Of a stretch of 14,561 nt of DNA, positions 14,239 through 14,561 are shown piece by piece. The stretch is from IMG/VR virus record IMGVR_UViG_3300028388_003891, positions 69,513 through 84,073 of that record. One strand, written 5' to 3'. The DNA is from a virus. Lineage: Duplodnaviria > Heunggongvirae > Uroviricota > Caudoviricetes. The notes under the pieces were generated by a model, which saw only the letters and a program-made list of their open reading frames with translations, searched no databases and was not told where the DNA came from. Numbering within the stretch: position 1 is the first letter of the stretch; each line of letters opens with the position of its first letter. A program made the translations under genes and the position numbers.

Positions 14239-14561
14239 ATGAAGTGCAAACCTATCGAAGAAATGGCTAGCATTTGCCCCGACTGCGGTGAAGATATATT
14301 TGAAATTCATGCAGAGGATTTCAACAAGATGCGGGCCCAGCTTGCGGGGGCGAAGAGGAGGCATAAACCCATGATTCACACCCCTAAAGAAGAGTGGCCT
14401 GAGTGGTTGCAAAAGGCACATACCAGAAATGCCTTAGTGACCGTAGACGAGAACGGTTATGTCACGTGGCACAGCGGTGAGTGGCTCGACGGTCAGTGGC
14501 ACGGCGGTGTGTGGCTCGGCGGTGAGTGGCACGAAGGAGTGTGGATCGACGGTGAGTGGCT
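14239..14561 (+). CDS. Partial ORF running off the right edge, with W-x-x-G-x pentapeptide repeats; alternative in-frame start at 14371
   Basis: Manual translation MKCKPIEEMASICPDCGE...MIHTPKEEWPEW...WHSGE-WLDGQ-WHGGV-WLGGE-WHEGV-WIDGE-W. GAGGAG-type RBS before both ATG14239 and ATG14371. Confidence 0.75.
   Translation, partial: MKCKPIEEMASICPDCGEDIFEIHAEDFNKMRAQLAGAKRRHKPMIHTPKEEWPEWLQKAHTRNALVTVDENGYVTWHSGEWLDGQWHGGVWLGGEWHEGVWIDGEW

Noticed and set aside
13476-14561. Repeats read as a CRISPR array or mobile-element ends
   Set aside because: The repeats are contiguous, in frame and lack unique spacers. No cas, transposase or integrase gene is in the window.

Overview
Gene-dense window of about 49% GC, with all credible genes on the + strand. 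It looks like an accessory/early region of a large lytic dsDNA phage, probably T4-like or jumbo with a proteobacterial host (inferred; no structural or replication marker genes are present). Recognisable content: a YqiA/YcfP-type esterase, a solitary tRNA(CAU) that resembles Ile2, an NAD+ salvage pair (NadM-Nudix then NadV, the KVP40 NatV/NadV or NARP2 type), a split RNA-repair set (P-loop kinase, Rnl1-type RNA ligase, calcineurin-like phosphoesterase), a macrodomain, a YkuK-type RNase H-like protein, about 25 small hypothetical ORFs and three sigma70-like promoters. The most striking unexplained signal is a 51-nt element found once before each NAD gene (3138-3188 and 4203-4253). It has two invariant blocks, an outer stem whose sequence differs between copies while pairing is kept, and a hairpin that covers the RBS and the A of AUG. 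The first hairpin's loop could open that RBS hairpin. This is a candidate riboswitch-like or protein-bound translational switch for phage NAD recycling that I do not recognise as a known family.
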